Shown piece by piece: positions 51,227 to 62,975 of a DNA stretch of 64,000 nt; within the stretch, counting starts at the first letter, position 1; every line of letters starts with the position of its first letter. This DNA comes from Callorhinchus milii (taxonomy: Eukaryota). The notes below the pieces were generated by a model. The model was not told the origin of the DNA. It worked only from the letters and a program-made list of their open reading frames with translations, and did not search any database. Location of the stretch: NCBI RefSeq assembly GCF_018977255.1, contig NW_024704742.1, positions 21,702,001-21,766,000 on the forward strand, written 5' to 3'. The position numbers and the translations under genes were made by a program.

Positions 51227-52180
51227 GTACAACAACAATAACTTGTATTTGTACAGCACTTTTCACATCACTTACCACATCAAAGCACTTCATAGAGTTT
51301 GCGTCAGACACGAAGGAAGATGAGTGGGGCAGGGAGGAAGAGGGGAGATGGCCGTAGTTCAAAGAGGTAGGTGTTTAGGAGGCTTTTAAGGGCAGATACA
51401 GAGGTGGTTAGGTGAAGGGATTTAGGGAATGGGTAGACGTATAAATGGTTGGGTTCCGTACAATAAAAGATTGGACCTGTAATTTTTTAGCCTGTGATCT
51501 GTTATCTATAACCTGTCACCTGTAATCTATGACCAGTAATCTATGACCTGTAGAGCTCATTTATTTATTTCTTGACTCATTGTGGATTGCAAAATGACAA
51601 GGTAACATCACAAAACAGTCTCTAATAAGTTTTATATATTTCCAAAAATCTGTATCACACAAGTCACTCTCCGAACATGCTGTTATGGACTCATCTTGAG
51701 CAGTCATGTGTTGTAAGGTGTCTTAAACTCCAATAATCCTTTGTGTAAAAAGATTTCCTTCAGCCATCCACTTTTGTCTTCTAATGATCATCCTCAATTT
51801 GCATCCACTTGCTACTGACTCACCAAACAGTGAAAATAGTCTCCCTTTTTTTATTACCACTATCAAAACCATTCCTGAGTTGGAAAAGCTATATATTACC
51901 ATCCCTTCGCTCGTTATCCTTCCCTTCTCCAGTGAAATCAGTCCCAATTTTTCGAACTAGAACCACTCTCGTCATAAAGATATTTATCGTTCCATGTGGT
52001 TGGTCATCACATATCCTCTGTTTGCCTCTACTGGATACATATCTCACCTCACGTGAAGCCAAGATAAAAAAAGAAAGTGCCTTAGGTTCCATTAATCCTC
52101 CACTGGAACTAGGAGTGCTGAGATGTCTGGTTTGAGTTTAAAATCTGCGCTGCTCATTTTTTGCCTGATTTGCTTTCCAG

Positions 52181-52386
52181 ATAAAGACGAGTGCCTCCTG
52201 GGAGCTCACAGCTGCAGCAGACACGGTCTCTGCATCAATACATATGGCTCATACACTTGCAGGTGCCAAGAAAACTTCCAAGGAGATGGATTTGTCTGTA
52301 AGAGCCAGCAAATGCCCCACACATTGCGAGCATCCCTTTTTCGCTACAGAATGTTAAAAAGAAAAAAGATTTCACGGGATCCATAA
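52181..52386 (+). CDS. Nephronectin/EGFL6-like gene exon 7 (calcium-binding EGF5, basic tail, stop)
   Basis: gctttccag|. (D)KDECLLGAHSCSRHGLCINTYGSYTCRCQENFQGDGFVCKSQQMPHTLRASLFRYRMLKRKKISRDP*. The seven exons sum to 876 nt = 291 aa plus stop, with no frameshift. Confidence 0.88.
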
Positions 52387-54009
52387 AACGTCAGTTTGAA
52401 GTCAAGTTGGAAGAGAAATTTAAAACAAATCAAACGAGGAATATTAATGGTGACAGAAAAGAATGCAAATCGCACGATCGCTGAAAGAGGTTAAGAGCGC
52501 AGTACGTATTACCCTGAAATATGCAAATCGAAATGATTATACCTTAGTGTAATAATACATTGTTTTCCAACAAAAACAACAGTTCAAACCTACTTTTTAT
52601 GGGTTACAAATGTGTTGAGTCATTCCTGTGCTGACTTGTACAGCTACATGCAGAAACTCCGTAGTTCTGTTTCTGGATATTGTGAAAACAGTGAGATTAG
52701 ATTGAGATTCACTGTTTGAGAAACACTGTATAATGGTATACATTATGTTGAAATGCATTAATCTCAAGGAATATACAGACTTGATTTGGAATGGCATTCC
52801 TCTGTGCAGAAAATGCTTATGTTTCCATCTTTGTTACAAAAATTACACGCAGGTCTTCAGGCTCTCATCTCGTCCCAAAGAAAGAGAAAAGTTTAGCCAA
52901 CATTTTATTCACTTTAGCTTCTCTAGCCAACCTGCACTTAATACTCTCCAGATTTAGATAATCAGAGTGCGCAATCCACTCCAGACACAGGGAGATTTTC
53001 TGGTGTAGGTGGCATACATATGGCAAACTCTCAGTTTGGTTTGGATACTCTTCACTACAGTGATGAGTTGATGCATTCTTCTGACCAAAGATAAATTCAC
53101 TTTAACCAGTCGTTTCCCAACACACCCTTTCTTGTCTGTTTCTGCTTTATTAGTGCTGTCATAATTAATGCTTGTTTGAATCTTGTGTTCTAATCCTTTC
53201 CAAGCTGCAAACATGCTGTCCCACATATGCTTTCTCTTGCAATGAAACCATGATTTCTCGTAGTGGAGCTTAATTTATGCCATTCACATACTTTACGGTG
53301 TAGCTTCTGTTTTGCTGTCTAATCTGCAACATTCGTAAAACAGCTAATTGCAGTTTGCAAAAGCTGTCAAAGTGAACGAAAGGCTGGAGAGTGAAAAAGC
53401 TATCACTGCATTTTGATCTCTGTCTTTTACTGTGCAGTTAGTACACTTAATAATAATAACATAATTACATTTGATATAGCTCCTTGTCACGTCGTTGAGA
53501 CTGCTCAAAGTGCTTCACCAGATATACTGTAAAGTGCAGTGACTGTATTTTGTGAGGCAATGAGGCAGCCAGTTGCGCACAGCAATGTCCCACCAACAGC
53601 CATGGAGTAAGAGACTAATTTCATGTTCACATCTAGACACTGCCTGGGGGGGCAGGAAGGGGGTCAGGCTGAGCTGTTGACAAATAGCCATTATTTTTGA
53701 ATATTGCAAAATAAAACAGGGGTGGGGGGATTAAAGGTGGCAATTGGCAATTCCTGTCCCTTTTCTGAATATCGCAAATTAGACCTCACTATCTCTTAAC
53801 TCTAATTATAATCCTCGTATTTGATCTAGGTCTTATCACATTTTCAAGACATCTCAAAGCACTTCACAGGATTTACTTTGTGTATTTTTTGTAGCTGAAC
53901 ATGTAAATGGATATAATTCATCCAGGACTGCAACGCTGTAGAACCTCTTACCTCCCCTCGTCTTACCATTCTCCCAAAGCCTACAGGATTTTTTAAAATT
54001 AATTTGAAA

Positions 54010-54335
54010 CGCCAGACAGTACTATCGATGGCAAGTTATGCGGTTTTAGCTGGTTAGACTCCAGCAGTACCTCAATGCACACTCTGGGGTCTCCAAGCTT
54101 TGCCTCTTGCCAACCTGTACCTAATACTTTTCGGAATTAGGTAAGCAGGATGCTTCCCTCCAGGGAGAGAGTCCATTCCAACAGTCTATCTCTGGGATTT
54201 CCGTGGTGGGCGGGATGCATGGAACTCTGTTCGGTTTGGATACTCTTAAGAATGGTGAAGGGCTTTCCGCATTTGTCAGACACCTGGCTGACCCCAAAAA
54301 AAGCAGCTTGGCATCAAATCATCACATATTAATGT
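54010..54335 (+). repeat. Unnamed interspersed repeat; other copies at about 43810-44110 (+), 52920-53065 (+), 41295-41485 (-), 56510-56795 (-)
   Basis: Shared blocks GCCAACCTG(T/C)AC(C/T)TAATACT, CTCCAGGGAGAGAGT and TTTGGATACTCTT...ATGGTGA(A/T)GGG. Confidence 0.8.
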
Positions 54336-54437
54336 TAATACTGGGATATGTGCATCTATTTGGAAACCTCAGTGAGAGGTGTAAACAAATGTAACATGTT
54401 TTTTATTCTGTTCCAGACTTTGTTAAAAACATTGGCC

Positions 54438-54601
54438 AATAAACTTCTGAGTAGGTACTAAAATGTCGTAATAAAAAAACTATTTTATGTATTTACAAAA
54501 TCTGTGAATAAACTTCTGCGACAAAAGAAAGCACTGAACGTAAAATGGATTTGGCCAATGTTGAGGTAAAAGGAAACTCTGAAAGAGGTTTGAAAAATAA
54601 A
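54438..54601 (+). terminator. Cluster of AATAAA signals; candidate 3' end of the EGF-repeat gene
   Basis: AATAAA at 54438, 54470, 54507 and 54596; the last is followed by a T/GT-rich tract. Confidence 0.4.
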
Positions 54602-56031
54602 CCTTTCTTCCTTGTGTCTGTTAATATTTTCTCTCTGAACAGTGAATGCCGGTGTTATCACCAAGGAAACATTTGGGGGGAACCATGTCCGATAATGTGA
54701 GGGAGTTTTAATTTTGGCTGCTTCAGCCCTGGGGTTGTTATCAATTCAATTGTAAAGGTCACAGTTATAGGATACTTATTGGTAATATATTACTAGCAAC
54801 ATTTGCTACTAAACACAGAGCTTAATATGAGAGATGCTTTGTATGGAAGCTTTAAAAATAGGGATCTAAATTAAATTGCTAGCTGAAATATGCCTTTGCA
54901 ATGGCTTGCATTAGCAACATAAATAATATTATTTTTAGCAAGCAGCGTAGATTTATATTTGATAATATCCATATTATAAGCCTGAGCAAGAACTTGGACA
55001 AAAAGTTATTTTTTGAAAAATGAAACATACTCAGGTGGAAGAAACATTATCTGCACTAGCCCTGGGCCAGAGAAGCACATCTCCTGTTGGGTAATCACAG
55101 ATAACAGCCAAAGCCAAGTTGCTCCACCCACAGTGAACGGCAGATTGGGGCCCAAAGGAGCAAAATGAGAGGGGAAGAAACTAAACACAACAAATGTTAC
55201 ATTTATTTCAGTCTGGTCATGAGGTTGAAGTATTTTGAGTGAATTTAGCCGACACCACGACAGCTGCTTATTAAGGAAAGCAGATCCTTTTTATTCACCT
55301 CATAAAAATTACACTGCAGTGTTCGATCTGAGTGTGACATGTTTGAGAGGATTGATTGTTGAGGCATTTTAGGAAGACGGACTGGTGTGGCATTGGGGAG
55401 GGGAATGATTCAAGTTATTATTTCTAGGGCTGTTATACAAAAGTAATTTGTTGCTGCTGTTGGTGTTATTGAGATGTGGCTATGCAAACTTGCAAATTAG
55501 AACAATGACCACCAGCATGAAGGACTCACTGCTTGGTTCATTGGGATATCAGGATTTCATAAGAAATTCCACTCAAATAAAGCTCAAAACATCTCTGCCT
55601 CAATCAATCTGTTCAATCCCCCTCCCTCCCCCCAAAAAAAATCACACTCTCCTCCTTAGAGGATTATGGTGTTCAGTTGTTTCTCAATACATCCCTTTGG
55701 GAATTTGGTACTGATTTGCACTTACACTTCTGTTATTTCAAACGGGCACGGTCATTTGGTTTAGACAGGCCACATGCTCACCACATGAGATTATATGGCA
55801 TAGAAATGTAAGAGCCACAGCAACCAGCCCTAGGCAGTACAGCGTAAATTACACAGGAGGCATTCAGATCATCAAGTAACATTTCACAAATATCAATATC
55901 AGTATTAAATTCAGAACAAATCTACGCAAACGCTATTTCAGTGAGCTAATAGTGAACCTGTGGAACAGGCTCCCTAGGGAGACGGTTGTAGCGGGAAGTG
56001 TTGATACTTGCCAACACTTACATCTAGTTGT

Positions 56032-56354
56032 GGAGTCCTGTAACTCAGTGGTTAGAGCACTCGCTTTGCAAGTGAGAGACCTGAGTTCAATCCCAGGCAG
56101 AGGGCGAAACCTTGGGCAAGTTTCTTTACTCCACACAGAGCCTAATAATAATCCCTCCAAAACCAAAAACAATAATAAATTGGTCATTTTCAATCTACGA
56201 CTGTTTGTGGGACATTGCTGTGTGCAATTGGCTGCCGCGTTCGCCTACAAACATACAGTCAATTCACTTTACAGTATATTCTGTGAAGCGCTTTGGGACG
56301 CCTAGAAGACGTGAAAAGCGCTATATCAAATGCAAGGATTATTATTATTATTAT
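56032..56354 (+). mobile_element. tRNA-derived SINE, short subfamily, inserted into a CR1 3' fragment
   Basis: GGAGTCCTGTAACTCAGTGGTTAGAGCACTCGCTTTGCAAG...GAGTTCAATCCC head and (ATT)n tail; CR1-like sequence on both flanks (about 55930-56432). Confidence 0.9.
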
Positions 56355-58726
56355 ACGTGCATGCGATTGCCAGGAAGGTGGAAGACGAACTAGATGGACT
56401 TTAGTCTTTTTTTCATCTAGCATTTCTTATGTTATATAATAAGTTCCTCTTTGGCAAGCCTCACCCTTCTCTGATGCTGTTCCTAAACACTGCAGTCAAG
56501 ATGCAGCAATCTTAGCCATTTTTTTGGACAGCCGGGTATCTGACACATGTGGAAACCCATCACCATGCTTAAAGAGTATCGAAACAAAGCTGAGAATTCC
56601 ATGCATCCCACCTACACATGGAAATTCCACCAATTTATTGCTGGAATGCAATGCGCACTCTCTCCCTGGAGGGACACATCCTTACACACCCAATTTCTGA
56701 AAGTATTAGGGCTCAGGTTGGCAAGAGCCAAGGCTTAGGGACCCCAGTGTGCGCGTTGGGGTACAGCTGGAGTCTAACCAACTAAAAGCACATAGGTTAA
56801 ATATAAAATCTTCCTCGGAATTCTGTCCCTGTATACCCACACCTCTCGTTCATTCATCCCCTTTCTCATCTGACAAGATGTTGGCGGCTACAAAGAGTAA
56901 GGATGATCCCAGTTCACTCAAGCTCCCCAGGGCTTTGTGGATTCTCCATCCAGTGAACATGAACCTTCAGTTGTATTTGACAGGCAAAGCATGTGCTGGC
57001 AGGGTCAGTGTGAGGAAATTTGGATTCAGCCAGCAATTAATGAGCACACTTGGAGTTTTGCTCACAGCCTTGGAAAAGGGATTTCAATCGCTGAAATCTA
57101 TGTAGGAAACTGAATGTGTGACAGCACTGGAAATAATAACTTGAATCATTTCCCTCTTCCCTCCCATATCACAGCACATTAGAAGCTCATTACAATGAGT
57201 GTTTATCAGATCTGAAGTTCAAAATATTCCAGTCAATGCCGCAATTAAATAGACCTGTAGACTCAACCCAGTAATTTAAAAGTATTTTTCTGGATCCAGT
57301 GTTCCCAAGATAGTCAGCCCATTTGCTCTGGTTAACATAATATTCCAATTACAGCTGGCGGTGACGGTATGTAATGTAATCTTCCGAGTGATTAGTACAA
57401 GGAAAGAAATGTGCNAAAAAAAAGGGATTTCAAAGCATTTCCCCCACATGAGCATTGAAAACCTGGCACACAAACCCAATCTGTGACATCTTGTCATCGC
57501 ACGGGGAGAAACCAGCCAGAAATTATAAAAGAATTGAAATGTTCGCAAAGCTTCTTTCATACTATACTCTAGGGGGGGAAACACTTCCCAATGAAAAGTG
57601 AAAGGGGTAGATGATCCATTGTTTTCCTATGAATTTGATATCACTTAATATAATGCTACAGGTAAATCTAGTGGACAAGCATCAGGAGTTTTTACACGTG
57701 TGTGTAAAAAAAAATCTATCAAAAGCACAGCCTCTCTTCTGTTGCATCTGTTATGTGAGATTGAACAAAGGGCATCACTTGGGAGTTCGGTGGCTCCAGC
57801 TGCTGTGTGAATGGTGTGAACACTGGTGTGTACCAATTCCCACTCTAATGTGGTGAACACCATATAATAACACCCTAATTGATTAATTAGGGCATGAAAC
57901 AATGCACTGAGCAAACCTAAACACCAGCAATCACCACTTGCCAAAATACCTCCAACTCACTATGCTTTGGGGATTGCAGAAGAATTTATGGTTTTGTGTG
58001 CTTGCCAAATTCTCTCTTTTCTACCTTACTTTCCCTGCTAAAGGCACTGAATCTGCTGGGCAGCGACTCAACATGGATCAGCAGCCTCCAGTACCTCCTG
58101 CAAATGGCCATCCTTCACCTGTGATCCTGGACAGTTGCTTTGGGCTGGCTATTTGACCACAGCTGGCGTGACACAAAGTGACACAGACACACTGAGCCCC
58201 AAAGTGACTGATATCACTCTAACACAAACGCTCTAAGGCTATGTCTAGTGCCAGGCAGATATCTACTAACGCAACACAAACTGGTGATTGAACTTGCGAC
58301 CTACTGGTCTATATAGCTTAATGCTTTACCAGACTATGTTTTAACCCTCTCCCCCCATATTTTCTCTACCCTAAATTGAACCGTGGGAAATTACAGAATA
58401 TATTTAATGTCAGAGTTTGTTAGTGCATTGGTACTGTGTGTGATATTGTGATGGAACACAGGCTCATATTTTATAGCTCCTGATCTCAGGTACTGGCTTC
58501 AATATGAAGCCAAGGCAACACAGAAAGGCATAGAGGGGGGGAAAAAAAATCACTCCCATCCATCTCAGAGGTAGCTCAAAAAATGAACTGATGTAGGCTT
58601 CAAGCAGGTTATCTGCCCAACCTTTTCTCCAGGAATGATTTAAAAGGGAGAAAGGAGATAAAATGATTCAGGAGAGCTTATGTATAATGCCCTGTCCAGT
58701 CAAATGACAAACCAGTAAATACTCAA

Positions 58727-58976
58727 GAGTTCCTGTAGCTTAGTGGTTAGAGCATTCGCCTCGCAAGCGAAAGGAGCTGGGTTTGATTCCTGGGCAAGAC
58801 AAAATGTTTGGTAAGTTTCTCTATTTATCTCTATTACCTAGCAGTAAGTAGGAATGGTTGTTAGTCAATTGGCAGATCAAAAAATTAGTAACTGAATTTT
58901 CAAAGTATATTCCGTGGAGGGCTTTGAGTTGTCCCAAAAAGATGTGATAAGGCACTATATTCAAAGATTATTATTA
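58727..58976 (+). mobile_element. tRNA-derived SINE, long subfamily, internally deleted
   Basis: Head GTAGCTTAGTGGTTAGAGCATTCGCCTCGCAAG; TACTCA on both flanks (possible target-site duplication). Confidence 0.75.
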
Positions 58977-61900
58977 CTCAGTCATACGAATAATTGCCAC
59001 TTGGGCAAGATACTAATGGCATGTGTGGACCATATCCTAGTGCAAGAAAAAAAAATCTAGCTCATTAGGAGAGAAAAATAATGGTGGTGGTGGGGAAATC
59101 TTAATTTTATAGCATCATTTCAAAAAAGCTAAAATGTCCTTTTTTAATGTAATGGTTAAGAATCCTACTGAACTCCATGATTTAATGGTAAAGACAACTG
59201 CCAAGGCTCCATCGTTATACAACAACTTCGATTTATATAGTGTCCTTCATGTGGGGTGGCGTCTCTGACCGTTTAAAGGGCAGAAAGTTTCAGGTTTGAA
59301 TCCTATGCTGGGTTGAGTTAGCTGATTTTTGCAGACACTAAATCAGAAAAGCTGCATTTTTTAATGAATTGCCAAAGAACCCTCAGTACTTGGAAACATA
59401 TGCTTGTGGCTAGGTAAGTATTAAAATAAGGAAACACTAGAACGCCAGTGAACTACGGAATTCATCTCTTCCCTTGCTTCTCCCAGTCATTAAATTCTGA
59501 AGATTGTTTCTCAAATGAAATAGGGCAGCTTTATTTGAGCAAAACCGTTAAAGTGAACAGCTAGTGATTTTTGAGTATGACGAGCTAGTGTATAAGTTGT
59601 CACTAAGGGTGTTTTGGGCCTGTCTTGTGCTAATTTTTTTTTGCTGTGGAGCCTCTTACCTACAGCGTATTATGATGTATAATTGTGTGTCGGCAACCAA
59701 AAGTAAACAATCAGTACACAAGAGGTTTGGATGAAAAAGGTTCTTCAGCCCATTTGATCTCATCCTTCCAGATCATCCATCATACTGTCCTCCCATGACA
59801 GCATCAAGCTGTTTCTTAAACAAGTCATTCAAGCACCCTTCCAGGTAACCTGTTCCAGTCATTATTTACCCACTAGGTAGAGGCGTCTTGTTCTGAAATT
59901 GCTCTTTGCAACCCTCAACATATGCCCTCTTGTTCTGCTGTATATCTGAAAGCTCCAGCATTATCACATTCAGTCAAGGAAATGCTTCATCCATTCTGTC
60001 TATAATTTCACTTGCCAATGTAGCAGACAATTACCACTTCCATGTCCCTTTCTTTCAATCAGATGAAGGTGTAGAAATGTATGACACAGTAGGAGGCAGT
60101 TCAGCCCTTATTTCATGTCAGTGTTTACTCCTCCAAGAAGCCACCTATCCTAATCCAAATTCCCCACTCGTTCCCCCTACCTTAAAAAGAGATGCAAGCT
60201 CTGCAGTACTTATTGTATTTTCTTTTGGTTACAAAGATCTTATAAATATAGCCAGATAAACATTTTTTGACATTCCGTTTATTCTGAAAAACAGTGCATT
60301 GTTTGTATCTCCAAAAATAAGGCAATAAATAACTGATTTAAAGGTCACAAGCAGTCAACATGTTTAAACTAAATTTGAATTCTGGGTCCACAAATTTCTG
60401 AGTTGAAGCTTAGGAAACTCTGTAAAGATGTAATCATTAAATCGAATGCAAATGTTACAGAGCAAGAGTTCAGGGGAGAAGAATCAAGTCTGGATGGAAC
60501 TACTGGATTCATTTTAAAGTTAGACATAGGCTTAGTGATGAGAGATGTGTAAGGAATATTAAGCAGAAAGTACCCTTATTAAGTTGGTAGTATCCTTGCC
60601 TCTGAATCAGAAGGTTGTGAGTTCAAAGCCCTTCATCAGAACTCTGAACTCCTAGTCATGGTGAGTGCAGTGGAACTTTCTCCTGGATTCCATGACGCTA
60701 TTCAAAATATTATTTTTTTTAAAAAGGCACCTTCATAGATGAAAGCAACAAAACTGTATGATTTTTTTCACATCAACAAAGGATATGCGATGCAATGTGC
60801 AATGTGGTGTGTGCACTCTAAAACCTGCACTGCTGGTTACAGGAATGCATGCATAACAACACACTGTAACAAGGTGGATTTCCAATACTCATCTGGAACA
60901 ATAATAATAAAAAATAAAACCAATAATAAATTGGTCATTTCAATCCACGATTGTTTGTGGGACACTGCTGTGCACAATTGGCTGCCGCATTTCGCCCACA
61001 AATATAGTCAATTAACTTTACAGTCTATTCTACGAAGCGCTTTAAGACATCTAGAAGATGTGAAAAGCGCTATATCAAATGCAAGGATTCTTACTCGCAA
61101 TGCACGCACCCCTCACTATCGCCAAATACACATTTGATATCTATAAATTAATTTAGCCCAAAAATATTTTTTTTACAGATGGATTTTTGCTTCGAACTGG
61201 TATTTATCTGTGAAAAAAGGTAGGAAACTATTTTGGGACCTTAGAAATGCACTACTATAAGGTCAGTATTTTAGCAATATAACCAGTTTACATTTATTGT
61301 CCATCCCATTTTGTGTTATTTTGGAGAACAAGGCTGGGGATATGAAAAGACAGAAAGCAAAATCTAACTAGAGGAAACCACAATTGAAATTGGCAGAGCT
61401 CATTTACAGTGTATGTGTTTAATATTAAAGAGGAATTTAAAGCAAGTTTTCAATTCATATGACAAGCCTCAAGCAGGAACATAAAAACATGAATACCCAG
61501 CCAAATAAGTCCGTTCTTTTTATTGGATCAAGGCATTCCATTTCCTTTAAGATCCTTACTTTTATCCATTTAAATATACTAATTACTTCTCTATCTTCAA
61601 TGGCATTGAATTCCACCTTTTCGTAGCCTGTTGTGTGAACATTTTACTGAGGTTTTAAATATATAGCTCTAGCTTAACAAGTGGTTTGGTTTTGAATCAA
61701 CCAAATTTTGATTTTGAATGACTGGTGCTATTTAGTTGTTGGGCTGAGTGGTATGAAAATGTCATGTATATGAACAGTGGGTGGAAGTTGGCAGAACTAT
61801 TTGAAATGAAAGGAGTATGACTGCATTGGGATAATTTGAGTCCAACAACATTCCTCTCAGAATGTCAAATGCAGTTTTGAGTCCTATAAATTGTGCATTT

Positions 61901-62744
61901 GTCAATACCTAGCCGAATTATTGGACATTGTGCACATATTCAGAAACCCCAAATGGAAGTTTAGTGGAGACATTTTGCATCAACTATTCCGTTCTGGGGT
62001 TTCTTTTCCAATTCGCATCTTTCATTTGCAACAACTTAATTCTGTGTTGTTTTTGTTAGTGATCATTGTGGCTGTTGTGGGGAAAATTCCCCTTGCAAAG
62101 CTGGATGCGTTTTCCTTTGAAATAGCTCACAAGACTAAATATAGGAGACACACATTAAAGGATTTCATTCACTGTAATCCTAAAACTCTTGGCAGGATCT
62201 ATCTACTGTAGTTATGATTTCCACTAACATTTGGAAATGAGAAGTTCAATGCTAACCAAACATTTTCTTAGCATTTGCTTTTATTGATATCATAATATCT
62301 CCCCCCAAAGTAGGTTTGTGTACCAAATTTGATTCAGGCTTACCTTATTTAGATGATACAAGACATCCCAGAAGAACTCTGGGGCTATCTAAAAACAGCA
62401 TAGTGGCAATGTGTGGCATTCCAATTTAAATTCTCTTTAACTTGCACAGCATTTATTCCATTAACCATGGCATTGATTGGTAATTATTATAATCAAGAGT
62501 AGTTTTATTTTTTTTAATAAAAACATCTGTATTTGCAGAAGGTTAACTCAATCTCCAAATTAGCGACCCCAGGTGCAATAATTCTGATCAGACATTAAAC
62601 CAATACATTATAAAAGATTTTATAGGTGTAACTAAACCATTTTCAAACTACGTGATATGTACACTAAAAAAATTCAAGCCACATTGAACAGCTTGTAACG
62701 TTTCAAAACAATGTACTGTCCAATGCATTCAATGTGATTTTCAG

Positions 62745-62975
62745 TCACCTAATGCAGCGGTACATCATGAAATCTATTGTGGTACATCTGGGAAATTTGC
62801 CGATTGAACTTTCTTCCACTGGAGTATAGACTTTAATTTGTCTCATGTGAGTGTCTCTTCCATTCTGATGATTGGCCAGCACAGCAATCTGTATCATAAA
62901 GGTGCGGATGGGCTTCTTGTTAACATCAGCAAGAGGAATGTGAATCCAGCCACTGGGCTCAACCAGTTCTAGTTG
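62745..62975 (-). CDS. ANAPC10: Anaphase-promoting complex subunit 10, last coding exon
   Basis: Minus strand tcttttaatttacag| QLELVEPSGWIHIPLADVNKKPIRTFMIQIAVLANHQNGRDTHMRQIKVYTPVEESSIGKFPRCTTIDFMMYRCIR*. Near-identical to the human APC10 C-terminus with its IR tail; convergent with HHIP as in human. Confidence 0.97.
   Translation of the reverse strand, partial: QLELVEPSGWIHIPLADVNKKPIRTFMIQIAVLANHQNGRDTHMRQIKVYTPVEESSIGKFPRCTTIDFMMYRCIR

Noticed and set aside
51475..51555. Short degenerate tandem repeat (ACCTGTAATCTATG units)
   Set aside because: An ordinary intronic minisatellite with no spacer structure; not CRISPR-like.
56032..56105. tRNA-Ala(TGC)-like sequence as a real tRNA gene
   Set aside because: It is the head of a multicopy SINE, continuing into a SINE body and (ATT)n tail, and the acceptor stem is not intact.
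52387..62700. Further RGD/MAM exons of the nephronectin-like gene
   Set aside because: By eye I found no MAM-like coding segment with splice sites; small exons could have been missed.
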